Source: Agathobacter sp. (GTDB taxonomy: Bacteria > Bacillota > Clostridia > Lachnospirales > Lachnospiraceae). Taken from it: a stretch of 62,709 nucleotides of DNA. Shown one piece after another: positions 27,889 through 38,056 of this stretch. The DNA is taken from contig JAZURS010000137.1 in the NCBI GenBank assembly GCA_045606325.1, forward strand, positions 1 through 62,709, read 5' to 3'. The notes under the pieces are model-generated. The model saw only the letters and a list, made by a program, of their open reading frames with translations. It was not told the DNA's origin and made no database searches. The position numbers were made by a program, and so were the translations under genes. The stretch's first letter is position 1. Every line of letters starts with the position of its first letter.

Positions 27889-27949
27889 TACACAATATTG
27901 TGTAATTTTTGCAATTTTCACTTGTTTTTTTAGGCTCATCATTTATAAT
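27889..27949 (+). promoter_or_regulatory. fla/che operon promoter region with a perfect 16-bp palindrome
   Basis: TACACAATATTGTGTA (27889-27904); TTGTTT-16-TATAAT (27922-27949). Confidence 0.5.
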
Positions 27950-27994
27950 ATGTATGATGGACTAGGATGTGATAAGTATATGGAGGGATAGAAT

Positions 27995-28384
27995 ATGATT
28001 TCAACAGATGCTTTTAGTTATATCAATGTTTTAGATAAAGCGGCTGATGCCAGCTGGACCAGAGAAAATTTAATTGCGAATAATATTGCGAATGGAGACA
28101 CTCCAGGGTATAAAAGACAGGATATTGACTTCCAGTCTGTATTAAAGAATGAGTTAAGCAATTATAAATATATGAATCTTGATCAAAAAATGAATGCTGT
28201 AGACTTAACAGAGTTAAATCCAATGGTATATACAGATCATGGTAATTTTTCTTATAGATTAGATGGAAACAACGTGGATATTGATACAGAGCAGGTAGAA
28301 CTTGCATCAGAACAGATTAAGTATCAGGCGTTGACTACTAGCATTACATCAGAATTTCAGAGATTACAGACTGTAATTAAATAA
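27995..28384 (+). CDS. flgB: Flagellar rod protein FlgB
   Basis: IANNIAN.DTPGYKR.D, RLDGNNVDID.E. Confidence 0.94.
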   Translation: MISTDAFSYINVLDKAADASWTRENLIANNIANGDTPGYKRQDIDFQSVLKNELSNYKYMNLDQKMNAVDLTELNPMVYTDHGNFSYRLDGNNVDIDTEQVELASEQIKYQALTTSITSEFQRLQTVIK

Positions 28385-28407
28385 TTGGTTGGAAAGGAGA
28401 TTAGAGT

Positions 28408-28848
28408 ATGGGATTATTTCAGTCATTTAATATTAGTGCGTCAGGTATGACAGCACAGCGTTTTCGTACAGATATCATTGCTGAAAATATTGCAAACGTA
28501 AATACTACATCCACAGAAAGTGGTGGACCATATCGTCGTAAAATCGTTACTTTCCAGGAAAAGGATGTGACACCATTTAGTCAGTACCTTTCTACATCAA
28601 GAAACAGAGCAATTGGTAATGGTGTTAAGATTAGTAAAGTTTCAGAAGATTATGAAACTGATTTTATTATGGAATATGACCCATCTAATCCAGATGCGGA
28701 TGAAAATGGATATGTATCATATCCAAATGTAAATACAGTAACAGAAATGACAAACCTCATCGACGCTACACGTGCATATGAGGCAAATGCAACAGCATTT
28801 GATGCAACAAAGAATATGGCGTTGACAGGATTAAATATTGGCAAATAG
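28408..28848 (+). CDS. flgC: Flagellar rod protein FlgC
   Basis: SASGMTAQR, ENIANVNT, YRRK, YPNVN.V.EM. Confidence 0.95.
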   Translation: MGLFQSFNISASGMTAQRFRTDIIAENIANVNTTSTESGGPYRRKIVTFQEKDVTPFSQYLSTSRNRAIGNGVKISKVSEDYETDFIMEYDPSNPDADENGYVSYPNVNTVTEMTNLIDATRAYEANATAFDATKNMALTGLNIGK

Positions 28849-28861
28849 TAGGAGTTAGGAT

Positions 28862-29257
28862 ATGGATGTTTCTAGTTTAAACAGTATTGCGGGACTCACA
28901 GGATTAAGTGGTACTTCTGGTGCCACCAATTCTGCGTTGTCACATTTATCAGATGAAGATGTAAGTAGTATCTATTCTGCATACAACGATACACTATCTT
29001 CACTATCGGGTATATCGGACGAACAGAGCGGAGACTTTAGTACTATTTTAGATTCTATGATGACTTCTTTAGATGAGACGAATACATTACAGAATCAGGC
29101 AGAGGCAGCTGCCATCGAATTTGCCCTGGGGGAATCAGATAATACACATGATTTGCTTATAGCTCAGACAAAGGCAAATACAGCATTACAGTACACAGTA
29201 GCAGTAAGGGATAAGTTGATTGAAGCATATCAGCAGATTATGCAGATGCAGATTTAG
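28862..29257 (+). CDS. fliE: Hook-basal body protein FliE
   Basis: C-terminal HDLLIA..KA..ALQYTVAVRDKLIEAYQQIMQMQI. Confidence 0.9.
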   Translation: MDVSSLNSIAGLTGLSGTSGATNSALSHLSDEDVSSIYSAYNDTLSSLSGISDEQSGDFSTILDSMMTSLDETNTLQNQAEAAAIEFALGESDNTHDLLIAQTKANTALQYTVAVRDKLIEAYQQIMQMQI

Positions 29258-29278
29258 TAAATGAAAGGGAAATGAATC

Positions 29279-30886
29279 ATGCCAGAACAGGTAAAACAGA
29301 TTTTAGATAAAATCATTGAATGGTGGAAGAAGTTTAATAATAAACAGAGAATTCTGCTTATTAGTGCTTTTTCAGTTATTATGATTGCTCTAGTAATTCT
29401 TGCAGTAGTCATGACTACACCTACATATGAAAATTTACATACATGTAAAGATTATGCAGAAGCAGCAAAAATCAAAGAACTTTTGGCTGCGGATGAAACA
29501 ATAGAGTACACGTTCAATGAAAAAACCTTAACATTTACAGTTAAGGAAGAAGATTTGGGTGCTGCAAGTATGCTATTAGGCTCTAATCAGGTAGAACTTA
29601 CCAGTTATAGTATCAACAATGTAGTTGACGGAAGTTTTACAATGACAGAAGCAGACAAGCAGAAGAAATATCAGGATTATTTGGAACAAAAATTTGCAGA
29701 TCACATTTCAGCTTTGACGATGGTAGAAAGTGCAACTGTAAATTTGACACTGCCAGAAGATGATGGAACCATTCTTTCTAGAGAAGAGAGTGCAACTGCA
29801 GCGATTACATTGAATCTTAATAGTGAAATGGATTCTGATCAGGCTTATGCATTGGCGTTATATGTAGCGACTGAGATTGGAAATAAATCTACAGAAGGTA
29901 TTACAATTATTGACCAGGATGCAAATGTTATCTATTCTGGCGCAAATGCAAACTCTTCTATGGGGATTGCTTCTACCCAGTTGACATATGCACAGAAAAA
30001 AGAAAATGAAATTAAAAAAGAGATTACAGATGTTCTTGTAAAATCAAAAGTATTTTCAGATGTTCAGGTGGCTATGAACTTGAATATCAATTTTGACCAG
30101 AAGGAAGTTGTAAAAACCGAGCTTGGTATTCCACAAGGCATGGATGGTGGAGCAATTACCCAACAGTCTTTATATGATATGACCTCTAATCAGGGGTATG
30201 AAGGTGGAGTTCCAGGAACAGACACGAATGACGATACAACTTATGTTATTGAAGATGGTACTCTTGGAATGACAGAAATCTCTGAATCAGATACGATTTA
30301 TGATTATGACAGAACTACAACTACCACACATGGAACCGGTGGAGATGTTATTTATGAAGATAGTTCTGCTATGGTTATGGCAACAAAGTACATCGTTTAT
30401 GATGAAGTGGAACTTCGTGCTGCAGGTCAGTTAGATGATATGACTTGGGATGAGTTTAAAGCAGCAAATGGTGAAACCAGAGTAGTAGAGGTAGATGAGA
30501 GTTATGTGACAGCAATTGCAAATGCAACAGGTTTTCCTGCAAATGCAATCACATTTATGTGTTATGAAGAGCCACAGTTTGTGGATGAAGTAGATGATGG
30601 AAGAAGTATCACAGATTATGCACAGATTATTATCGCTGTTCTTATCTTTGCACTTCTTGGATATGTAGTATTCCGTAGCACAAGAAGCGAAAAGGTTGAA
30701 GAGATTCAGCCAGAAATTTCTGTAGAATCATTATTAGAATCAACTGCAGAAACACAAGAACCATTAGAGGATATTGGTTATAACGAAAAATCAGAAGTAC
30801 GACTTATGATTGAAAAATTCGTAGATGAAAATCCAGATGCAGTTGCGTCATTACTTCGTAACTGGCTAAATGAGGATTGGGAGTAA
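29279..30886 (+). CDS. fliF: MS-ring protein FliF
   Basis: Two TM segments, GGVPGTDTN, NPDAVASLLRNWL; position between fliE and fliG. Confidence 0.88.
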   Translation: MPEQVKQILDKIIEWWKKFNNKQRILLISAFSVIMIALVILAVVMTTPTYENLHTCKDYAEAAKIKELLAADETIEYTFNEKTLTFTVKEEDLGAASMLLGSNQVELTSYSINNVVDGSFTMTEADKQKKYQDYLEQKFADHISALTMVESATVNLTLPEDDGTILSREESATAAITLNLNSEMDSDQAYALALYVATEIGNKSTEGITIIDQDANVIYSGANANSSMGIASTQLTYAQKKENEIKKEITDVLVKSKVFSDVQVAMNLNINFDQKEVVKTELGIPQGMDGGAITQQSLYDMTSNQGYEGGVPGTDTNDDTTYVIEDGTLGMTEISESDTIYDYDRTTTTTHGTGGDVIYEDSSAMVMATKYIVYDEVELRAAGQLDDMTWDEFKAANGETRVVEVDESYVTAIANATGFPANAITFMCYEEPQFVDEVDDGRSITDYAQIIIAVLIFALLGYVVFRSTRSEKVEEIQPEISVESLLESTAETQEPLEDIGYNEKSEVRLMIEKFVDENPDAVASLLRNWLNEDWE

Positions 30887-30889
30887 AAA

Positions 30890-31933
30890 ATGAGTGAAGG
30901 TTATAATGGAGTCCAGAAAGCGGCGATTTTATTGATTGCTCTTGGACCAGAAAAGGCTGCTACAATTTTTAAGCACCTGAAGGAAGAAGAAATTGAAGAA
31001 TTGACTTTGGAGATTGCCAACACTCGAAGTGTATCCCCACAGACAAAAGAAGACATTATGAGTGAATTCTACCAGATTTGTCTTGCTCAGCAGTATATTG
31101 CAGAGGGTGGTATTGGATATGCGAAAGAACTTTTGGAAAAAGCTCTTGGTGCAGAGGCTGCGCAGGGGGTTATTATGAAACTTACCGCATCGCTTCAGGT
31201 GCGTCCATTCGAATTTGTTCGAAAGACAGATCCAAGCCAGTTATTGAACTTTATTCAGGACGAACATCCACAGACAATCGCTATGATTTTGTCATACTTG
31301 GCTCCAGGTCAGTCAGCGCTTGTGTTAGGTGCATTGCCTCCTGAAAAACAGGCTGATGTTGCGAAACGTATTGCTATGATGGACCGTACTTCACCTGACG
31401 TAATCAAAGAAGTAGAACGAGTATTAGAACGTAAACTTGCTTCTCTTGTTAATCAGGATTACACAATTGTTGGTGGTGTTGACTCTATCGTTAGTATTTT
31501 GGGCAACGTTGACCGTGGTACAGAAAAACATATTATGGAATCTCTTGAAATTGAAGAACCAGAATTGGCAGATGAAATCCGTAAGAAGATGTTCGTATTC
31601 GAAGATATCCTTCTTTTGGACGACAGAGCTATTCAGCGAGTGCTGCGTGAGGTTGATAATGCAGACCTTGAACTTGCACTTAAGAGTACAACAGAAGAGG
31701 TTCAGAATGTTGTATTCAAGAACCTTTCAAAACGTCTTGCTGCTATGATTAAGGAAGATATGGAATTCATGGGACCTGTTCGTATGAAGGATGTAGAAGA
31801 AGCACAGCAGAAGATTGTTGGTATTATTCGTAGATTAGAGGATTCTGCAGAAATTGTTATTTCACGTGATGGAGGTGATGATATCGTTGTAAAAATTATT
31901 AAAGCAACAATATGTTATAAATTTAGGAAATGA
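30890..31933 (+). CDS. fliG: Motor switch protein FliG; expected stop at 31892-31894 is absent in this sequence
   Basis: QKAAILL, EHPQTIA, MFVFEDI, MGPVR..DVEEAQ; 13 atypical residues follow GGDDIVV. Confidence 0.95.
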   Translation: MSEGYNGVQKAAILLIALGPEKAATIFKHLKEEEIEELTLEIANTRSVSPQTKEDIMSEFYQICLAQQYIAEGGIGYAKELLEKALGAEAAQGVIMKLTASLQVRPFEFVRKTDPSQLLNFIQDEHPQTIAMILSYLAPGQSALVLGALPPEKQADVAKRIAMMDRTSPDVIKEVERVLERKLASLVNQDYTIVGGVDSIVSILGNVDRGTEKHIMESLEIEEPELADEIRKKMFVFEDILLLDDRAIQRVLREVDNADLELALKSTTEEVQNVVFKNLSKRLAAMIKEDMEFMGPVRMKDVEEAQQKIVGIIRRLEDSAEIVISRDGGDDIVVKIIKATICYKFRK

Positions 31934-32690
31934 AACGCGAATCATTAACTCTGATGAACGATATAAACCTGAAGAGAAACTGAAAAAACAAGAAGGAGAA
32001 GAGCTTCCTTCTAGTGAAGAGATTATTGATGGCTTTCTAGCTGGTTTAGATGCAGAAGAAATAGAACTTGAACCTGAGATTACGCCAGAGGAAATTATTG
32101 AGCAGGCCCGTGCGGAAGCAGAAGGGATTCTTGTGGTAGCCCGTTTAGATGCTGAAAAAATAACAGATGAGGCGAAGAACCGTGCAGACCTTCTGTTTGA
32201 ACAGAAGAAACAGCAGGGCTATCAGGAAGGCGTTTCAAAGTTACAGGATGAAGTTCTGGAACGTAAAGCACAGCTTCAAGAAGAGTATGATGAAATGAAA
32301 CAGACTCTTCAGACAGAATTTGAAGCAAAGTTAGATACCTTGGAAGCGGATATGGTAGATGTCATGATTCGTGTTTTCCATAAGGTGTTTAATATTCAGT
32401 TTGACAATAAGAAACAGATATTACTGCATTTGATTAAAGATACTTTGCTTGGAATTGACGCTGGAAAGAATTTTATTATTCGAGTAACAGAAGATAATTA
32501 CAAGTTTATAGAGTCTCATGTAGCGGATATTAAAGAAAAAATTGGAAATGATGTCACGATTGATGTCGTTAATGATATGAATTTAGAGGAAAATGACTGT
32601 ATGATAGAGACCGCAACAGGGGTTTATAATTGCGGAATAGATATGGTTCTTTCCAATTTGGAAAAAGACATCAAATCCCTTTGTAGGTAG
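31887..32690 (+). CDS. fliH: Flagellar export protein FliH; probable true start TTG 31887 is followed by TAA
   Basis: RBS GGAGGT (31871) and TTG 31887; frame open from 31893 (KLLKQQYV...RIINSD) into the ORF-track protein with GYQEG; position between fliG and fliI. Confidence 0.8.
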
Positions 32691-32695
32691 TACAA

Positions 32696-34012
32696 GTGGT
32701 AAAAGAAGCAGAGAAGTATTTGCAACTATTGGACAAACAATTTTATAAAAGTTATGGAAAAGTTTCCACAGTAGTAGGGTTAACGGTTGAGTCAATTGGA
32801 CCAAAAGCCAGATTAAATGATTTGTGTAAGATTTATATCGATAAAGATATGTCGAAACACGTCATGGCTGAGGTTGTAGGGTTTCAGGATTCAAAGTTAA
32901 TCCTAATGCCCGTTGATAACATGGAAGGTGTTGGCGTGGGCTGTATAGTGGAAAACACAGGGAAACCATTAGAGGTTCCTGTTGGATTTGAACTCTTAGG
33001 ACACACGCTTGATGGCATCGGTCGTTTAACAGATATGGAAGAAGAGTATTTGGATTTACCAAACACATATCCGTTAGAAGCTCTTCCACCAGATCCAATG
33101 AGTCGTAAGATTATTGATGAAATTCTTCCGCTTGGAGTAAAAGCAGTAGATGGTCTGATTACGGTTGGGAAGGGGCAGCGTCTAGGAATTTTCGCTGGTT
33201 CCGGTGTTGGAAAGAGTACCCTTATGGGTATGTTTGCGCGTAATACCAAGGCAGATATCAACGTTATTGCTCTAATTGGAGAGCGTGGACGAGAGGTTCG
33301 AGAATTTATTGAACGAGATTTAGGACCAGAAGGCATGGCTCGTTCTGTTGTGGTAGTAGCTACTTCAGATAAACCGGCCTTAATCCGAAACAAAGCAGCA
33401 AAAACAGCAACAGCAATCGCAGAATACTTTAGAGATCAGGGAAAAGATGTTCTTTTGATGATGGACTCTCTAACTCGATTTTCTATGGCGCAAAGAGAGA
33501 TTGGTTTAGCATCTGGTGAGCCACCTGTAACTAGAGGGTATCCGCCGAGTGTGTACGCAGAAATGCCAAAACTTTTGGAACGAGCAGGTACTTCAGATGT
33601 AGGGTCAATTACAGGTCTGTATACCGTACTTGTAGATGGTGACGATATGAATGAACCAATTACAGATACTGCTCGTAGTATTTTAGATGGACATATTATG
33701 TTGGATCGTAAATTGGCACATAAAAACCATTATCCAGCGATTGATGTCTTACAGAGTATTTCCCGTGTTATGAGTGCAATTGCAACTAAGGAACACAAGG
33801 CACAGGCGGGAAAATTAAGAAATGTTCTTGCGACTTATAGCGAGGCAGAAGATTTAATTAATATTGGTGCATATAAAAATGGCTCTAATCCAGACATAGA
33901 CTATGCAATCAAAAAAATCCGTGCAGTTAATGGATATTTATGTCAGGCGACAGATGAGAAGTTCCAGTTAGAAGAAGAACTTGATTTGTTAGGACAATTA
34001 TTTGCAGATTAG
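32696..34012 (+). CDS. fliI: Flagellar export ATPase FliI
   Basis: AGSGVGKSTL, GERGREV, MDSLTRF, GEPP..RGYPPS. Confidence 0.96.
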   Translation: MVKEAEKYLQLLDKQFYKSYGKVSTVVGLTVESIGPKARLNDLCKIYIDKDMSKHVMAEVVGFQDSKLILMPVDNMEGVGVGCIVENTGKPLEVPVGFELLGHTLDGIGRLTDMEEEYLDLPNTYPLEALPPDPMSRKIIDEILPLGVKAVDGLITVGKGQRLGIFAGSGVGKSTLMGMFARNTKADINVIALIGERGREVREFIERDLGPEGMARSVVVVATSDKPALIRNKAAKTATAIAEYFRDQGKDVLLMMDSLTRFSMAQREIGLASGEPPVTRGYPPSVYAEMPKLLERAGTSDVGSITGLYTVLVDGDDMNEPITDTARSILDGHIMLDRKLAHKNHYPAIDVLQSISRVMSAIATKEHKAQAGKLRNVLATYSEAEDLINIGAYKNGSNPDIDYAIKKIRAVNGYLCQATDEKFQLEEELDLLGQLFAD

Positions 34013-34024
34013 TGGCGGTGAGTT

Positions 34025-34465
34025 ATGGCGAAGTTTAAATACAGAATGCAAAACATTCTGGATGTTAAAATGAAACTGGAGTCCCAGGCAAAAATTGCAT
34101 ACGGTATTGCAAATCAGAAATACATGGAGGAGCAGCAGAAGCTGCAGGAAATCGTTTTGCGTCGAGCCTCTTATGAAAAAATTCTGAAAGAAAGTATGAC
34201 GGGTTCCATTGATGTTCGCCAGGTTTCACATGCGAGAGCAGATGTAAACACAATGAAAACCTTCATGCGTAGACAGATGATAGAAGTGCATAAGGCCGAA
34301 AGAGCACTAGAGGATGCGAGAAAGGCCTTGAATGAAATCATGATGGAACGTAAAACGCATGAAAAATTAAAGGAAAAGGCTTTTGAACAGTTTAAAGAGG
34401 AATTGAAGGCCGAAGAAAGCAAAGAAATTGATCAATTAGTGAGTTATACTTACAACGCGAAATAA
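34025..34465 (+). CDS. fliJ: Flagellar export protein FliJ
   Basis: MAKFKYRMQNIL, coiled coil, EKLKEK...ESKEID; follows fliI. Confidence 0.9.
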   Translation: MAKFKYRMQNILDVKMKLESQAKIAYGIANQKYMEEQQKLQEIVLRRASYEKILKESMTGSIDVRQVSHARADVNTMKTFMRRQMIEVHKAERALEDARKALNEIMMERKTHEKLKEKAFEQFKEELKAEESKEIDQLVSYTYNAK

Positions 34466-34476
34466 GGAGTTTTCTT

Positions 34477-35271
34477 ATGCCATTGTTTAAGAAAAAAGAT
34501 AAATTAGACAATATACAATTAGATGAAAATGGCAAACCTATCGAAATAGATGAAGAGGAAGAAGAGGGGCTTGGAAGCAAAATAGTTATGGTGATTGTAA
34601 CACTGTTAGTTATTTTGATTTGGCTTGGTATTATTGTTCTCTTTATCAAAGGCGATTTTGGTGGATTTGGTTCAACGGTTCTTCGTCCATTGATTAAGGA
34701 TGTACCATACCTTAGTTGGATTCTTCCAGAAGCAGATAATTTGGAGGAAAGTACAGAGTATCAGTATGAAACGATTGATGATGCGATTGAACGTATTAAG
34801 GAGTTAGAAGCTCTTTTGGATGCAGAACTCACAGTTGGCTCAGATAATTCTGAGTTGATTGCAGATTTACAGGCGCAGGTAGCAGAACTTCAGGTATATA
34901 AACTGGAGCAGGATGAATTTGAAAAAAATAAAGAAAAATTCTACGAAGAGGTTGTTTTTTCTGACGAAGCGCCCGATATAGAAACATATAAGACCTACTA
35001 TGAAAGCATTGATCCGGAGAATGCAGAGGTTTTATATAAACAGGTTGTAGAGCAGATGGAATATAATTCCATGGTTGAAGACTATGCCAAGACATATTCT
35101 TCCATGAAAGCCAAAGAGGCTGCCGCAATCTTTAATACCATGACAGATGATTTGCAACTGGTTGCAGACATATTGTTAAATATGAGCACTCAGGCACGTG
35201 CAGACATCCTTGGTAAAATGGAACCAGAAATTGCAGCAAAACTTACAGCGATTATGGAACCAGACAACTAA
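34477..35271 (+). CDS. YlxF/FlbB (MotE-like) membrane-anchored flagellar protein
   Basis: One TM, coiled coil, MgtE_N-like C-terminus (YSSMKAKEAAAIF...ADILGKMEP..AA). Confidence 0.75.
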   Translation: MPLFKKKDKLDNIQLDENGKPIEIDEEEEEGLGSKIVMVIVTLLVILIWLGIIVLFIKGDFGGFGSTVLRPLIKDVPYLSWILPEADNLEESTEYQYETIDDAIERIKELEALLDAELTVGSDNSELIADLQAQVAELQVYKLEQDEFEKNKEKFYEEVVFSDEAPDIETYKTYYESIDPENAEVLYKQVVEQMEYNSMVEDYAKTYSSMKAKEAAAIFNTMTDDLQLVADILLNMSTQARADILGKMEPEIAAKLTAIMEPDN

Positions 35272-35293
35272 ATATTGAGAAAGGAGGACTTGC

Positions 35294-36877
35294 ATGACAA
35301 CAGCAAATCTTATGAATGTACCTACTGTGAAAGGCAATATGGCAGCACAGGTAGATGCATCAAAGAAGTTGCAGGAAGAGAATTTGGAAGTGGCAGAGGT
35401 TTTTGCAGGTATGATGAACCAAACCATTAACTTACCAGATTCGGTGGTGGATGATACGTCTTCCAACATGGATGTTTCAAAGACGGACAGTAAACAGTCT
35501 CCAGTGCAATCCTATGAGCGTTACAGCTACAAGGATAAGCAGATTGATACGGCCAAGGAACCTAGTATTGAAGAAAAACTAGAAGAAGCTGGCGAAGTGT
35601 TAGAACAGGCTGGTGAAGAAGTTGTTGATACGCTTTGTAAAGAGTATGGCGTAGACAAAGAAACCATTCAGAATCTGTTAGACGAAATGGGACTTAGTGC
35701 TTTGGATTTATTAAATCCACAGAACCTAGTAAACTTCATTGTACAGCTGACTGGTGTAGCCTCTGGCGAAGAACTGTTACTGGATGAAAACTTCTTAAGC
35801 GTGATGGAAACCTTAGGACATTTAGCAGAAGGGCTTATGAATGACCTTGATGTAGACATGAATGGTTTGCAGGAATTGGTTGCTGAAATGGACTTGGTGA
35901 CAAACAACGAAGAAGTACCTACAGATTTCCAGGAAGTGCTGAATGATACCATTAATAATGGCGTTGTTTCAGAACAGGAAGTAGAAACAAAAGATACTAT
36001 AGGAGCTGATGATTCTACAACAGTTACGGTTGAAGTTAAAGATGATTCAAATGGACAGACTGTAAATGAAACTCAAAATACGGAAGTAGAAGAGGTTCAG
36101 ACAGAAACTGTTGCAAAAGAAACTGAGGTAACAGAAACAGTAGAAGAACAGCCAGAAGACGGTGTGGAAATCAAAGTAGAAAAAGAAGAGGAGCCTACAG
36201 AAACAAAACAGCAGTTAAATGATTCTGAGGAACCTGCTAATGGACAGAGTAGAGATGATAATCAGTTGTTTGAAGGCAATCAGAATTCAGAAGGACGTTC
36301 TCTTTTGAATCACAACGCAAATGAAACGGTGATTAACACTCAGGCTACAGTAAATGTTAGTCAGGCAGTAGAAAGCCAGACAATGCCACAATTTAGTTCT
36401 TATCTTTCTGCAGATACAGTACAGATAATGGAACAGATTGTTCAGCAGATGAGAGTAACGATTTCAAATGAAATCACAACTATGGAAATGCAGATGAATC
36501 CGGAAAATCTTGGTAAAGTATACGTAAACATTTCCAGTGAAGAAGGAGTTGTAAATGCACAATTCCATGCAACAAACGAAGTAGTAAAAGAGGCGTTAGA
36601 AACTCAGATTGCTACACTTCGTGAAAGTTTAAATCAGGCAGGTGTAAAGGTAGATGCTATTGAAGTAACTATCGCATCGCATGAATTTGAACGTAACCTT
36701 GAGCAACATTCACAGAATCCTGATGAACATATGAATGCTCAGGAGACAAATGAAAAGAAACGCCGTAATCTCAACCTTGATTCATTAGACGAATTAGCAG
36801 GTGTGATGACGGAAGAAGAAGCATTAGTAGCGCAGATTATGAGAGACAACGGAAATTCCGTTGATTTTACTGCGTAA
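35294..36877 (+). CDS. fliK: Hook-length control protein FliK
   Basis: Acidic low-complexity N-region; C-terminal MQMNPENLGKV domain. Confidence 0.9.
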   Translation: MTTANLMNVPTVKGNMAAQVDASKKLQEENLEVAEVFAGMMNQTINLPDSVVDDTSSNMDVSKTDSKQSPVQSYERYSYKDKQIDTAKEPSIEEKLEEAGEVLEQAGEEVVDTLCKEYGVDKETIQNLLDEMGLSALDLLNPQNLVNFIVQLTGVASGEELLLDENFLSVMETLGHLAEGLMNDLDVDMNGLQELVAEMDLVTNNEEVPTDFQEVLNDTINNGVVSEQEVETKDTIGADDSTTVTVEVKDDSNGQTVNETQNTEVEEVQTETVAKETEVTETVEEQPEDGVEIKVEKEEEPTETKQQLNDSEEPANGQSRDDNQLFEGNQNSEGRSLLNHNANETVINTQATVNVSQAVESQTMPQFSSYLSADTVQIMEQIVQQMRVTISNEITTMEMQMNPENLGKVYVNISSEEGVVNAQFHATNEVVKEALETQIATLRESLNQAGVKVDAIEVTIASHEFERNLEQHSQNPDEHMNAQETNEKKRRNLNLDSLDELAGVMTEEEALVAQIMRDNGNSVDFTA

Positions 36878-36890
36878 AAGGAGAGTTCTT

Positions 36891-37604
36891 ATGGCAAACA
36901 TTATTGCATCCGTAGAAGATGGAAAACTGAATTACAATTATACAGATAATTCAAAACAGAATGGGATTAATCCTACAGGTTCTACTTTAGGATACGATCA
37001 GTTCTTACAGCTTTTATGTGCTGAAATGCAGTATCAGGACCCTCTTGAACCAACCAGTAACACAGACTATGTAGCTCAGATGGCAACCTTCTCACAGTTA
37101 GAAGCAACACTTTCTCTTACAGCAACACAGGAGAGTGCAAATGCCAGCAACTTAGTTGGTAAGCAGGTTATCTTGAAAGTAACTAGTGAAACTACAGGTC
37201 AGACATCTTATGTAGATGGTAGAGTAGATTATGTAATGTATGAAAATGGAGAGGTTTTCCTTTCTGTAAATGATCAGCTTTATCCAGCAAGTTCATTAGA
37301 TACGGTAGCAGATTCTGAATACTACGAAGGTGTTACATTAGCAACAACATTAAAGGATATGGTAAATGGCTTACCGATCATGGAAAACCTCACGGTAGAG
37401 TGGGAAAAAGCTGTTACACAGCTTAGAGAAATCTATGATGGCATGACATCTTACCAGCAGCAATTCGTACCACAAGAAACACTTTTTACTTTGCAAGAGT
37501 ATGAGGAACGTATGAAAGAGCTTATCGCTCAGGCAGAAGAAAATGCTGCAAACAAAACAGAAGGAACTGAAAACGAAAGCGGTTCAGGAGAAACGGAGGT
37601 TTGA
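36891..37604 (+). CDS. flgD: Hook cap protein FlgD with an extra C-terminal helical domain
   Basis: LGYDQFLQLL.AEMQYQDPLEP...VAQMATFSQLE; RBS AGGAG before ATG 36891. Confidence 0.92.
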   Translation: MANIIASVEDGKLNYNYTDNSKQNGINPTGSTLGYDQFLQLLCAEMQYQDPLEPTSNTDYVAQMATFSQLEATLSLTATQESANASNLVGKQVILKVTSETTGQTSYVDGRVDYVMYENGEVFLSVNDQLYPASSLDTVADSEYYEGVTLATTLKDMVNGLPIMENLTVEWEKAVTQLREIYDGMTSYQQQFVPQETLFTLQEYEERMKELIAQAEENAANKTEGTENESGSGETEV

Positions 37605-37606
37605 TT

Positions 37607-38011
37607 ATGAATCAGATATCCAACCAGTTTTTATCCATTGAACAAGTCACCGATCAGTATCTGAATAGGTCACAAAATCTCAAGACAAACGCTTTGCCGG
37701 ATGTCCCATTCGAGGAGATACTTAGACAGAAGCGAACAGAGAATGTGATGGAACAGTCGGAACTGAAATTTTCTAAGCACGCAGCCAATAGACTAAGTGA
37801 TAGAAATATCGCACTTACCGACGCACAGAATGTTCGATTGGAAAATGGAGTAAAACAGGCGAGTGAAAAGGGAATCACCGAATCCCTGGTTTTAGTCGAT
37901 TCTCTAGCCTTTATCGTAAATGTACCGAACAAAACGGTCGTTACGGCTTTGGATCAGGCTGAAGCAAACAGTAATATATTTACAAATATTGACGGAGCAG
38001 TCATTATTTAG
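37607..38011 (+). CDS. TIGR02530-type flagellar operon protein
   Basis: LKFSKHA..RL..RNI, A..KGI..SLVL, N.TVVTA, NIFTNIDGAVII; position between flgD and flgE. Confidence 0.85.
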   Translation: MNQISNQFLSIEQVTDQYLNRSQNLKTNALPDVPFEEILRQKRTENVMEQSELKFSKHAANRLSDRNIALTDAQNVRLENGVKQASEKGITESLVLVDSLAFIVNVPNKTVVTALDQAEANSNIFTNIDGAVII

Positions 38012-38056
38012 CTGGACCTTATGGAAGCTAAAGTTTTCTGACTGACAGAGGAAAAC
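38009..38056 (+). ncRNA. Candidate structured cis-RNA (two hairpins) upstream of flgE
   Basis: TAGCT-GGA-CC-TTAT-GG-A-AGCTA and GTTTTC-TGACTGACAGAG-GAAAAC; no U-tract. Confidence 0.45.

Noticed and set aside
27717-27994. C. difficile-like invertible flagellar switch or c-di-GMP riboswitch before flgB
   Set aside because: No long flanking inverted repeats, no recombinase in the window and no GEMM consensus; the leader appears short
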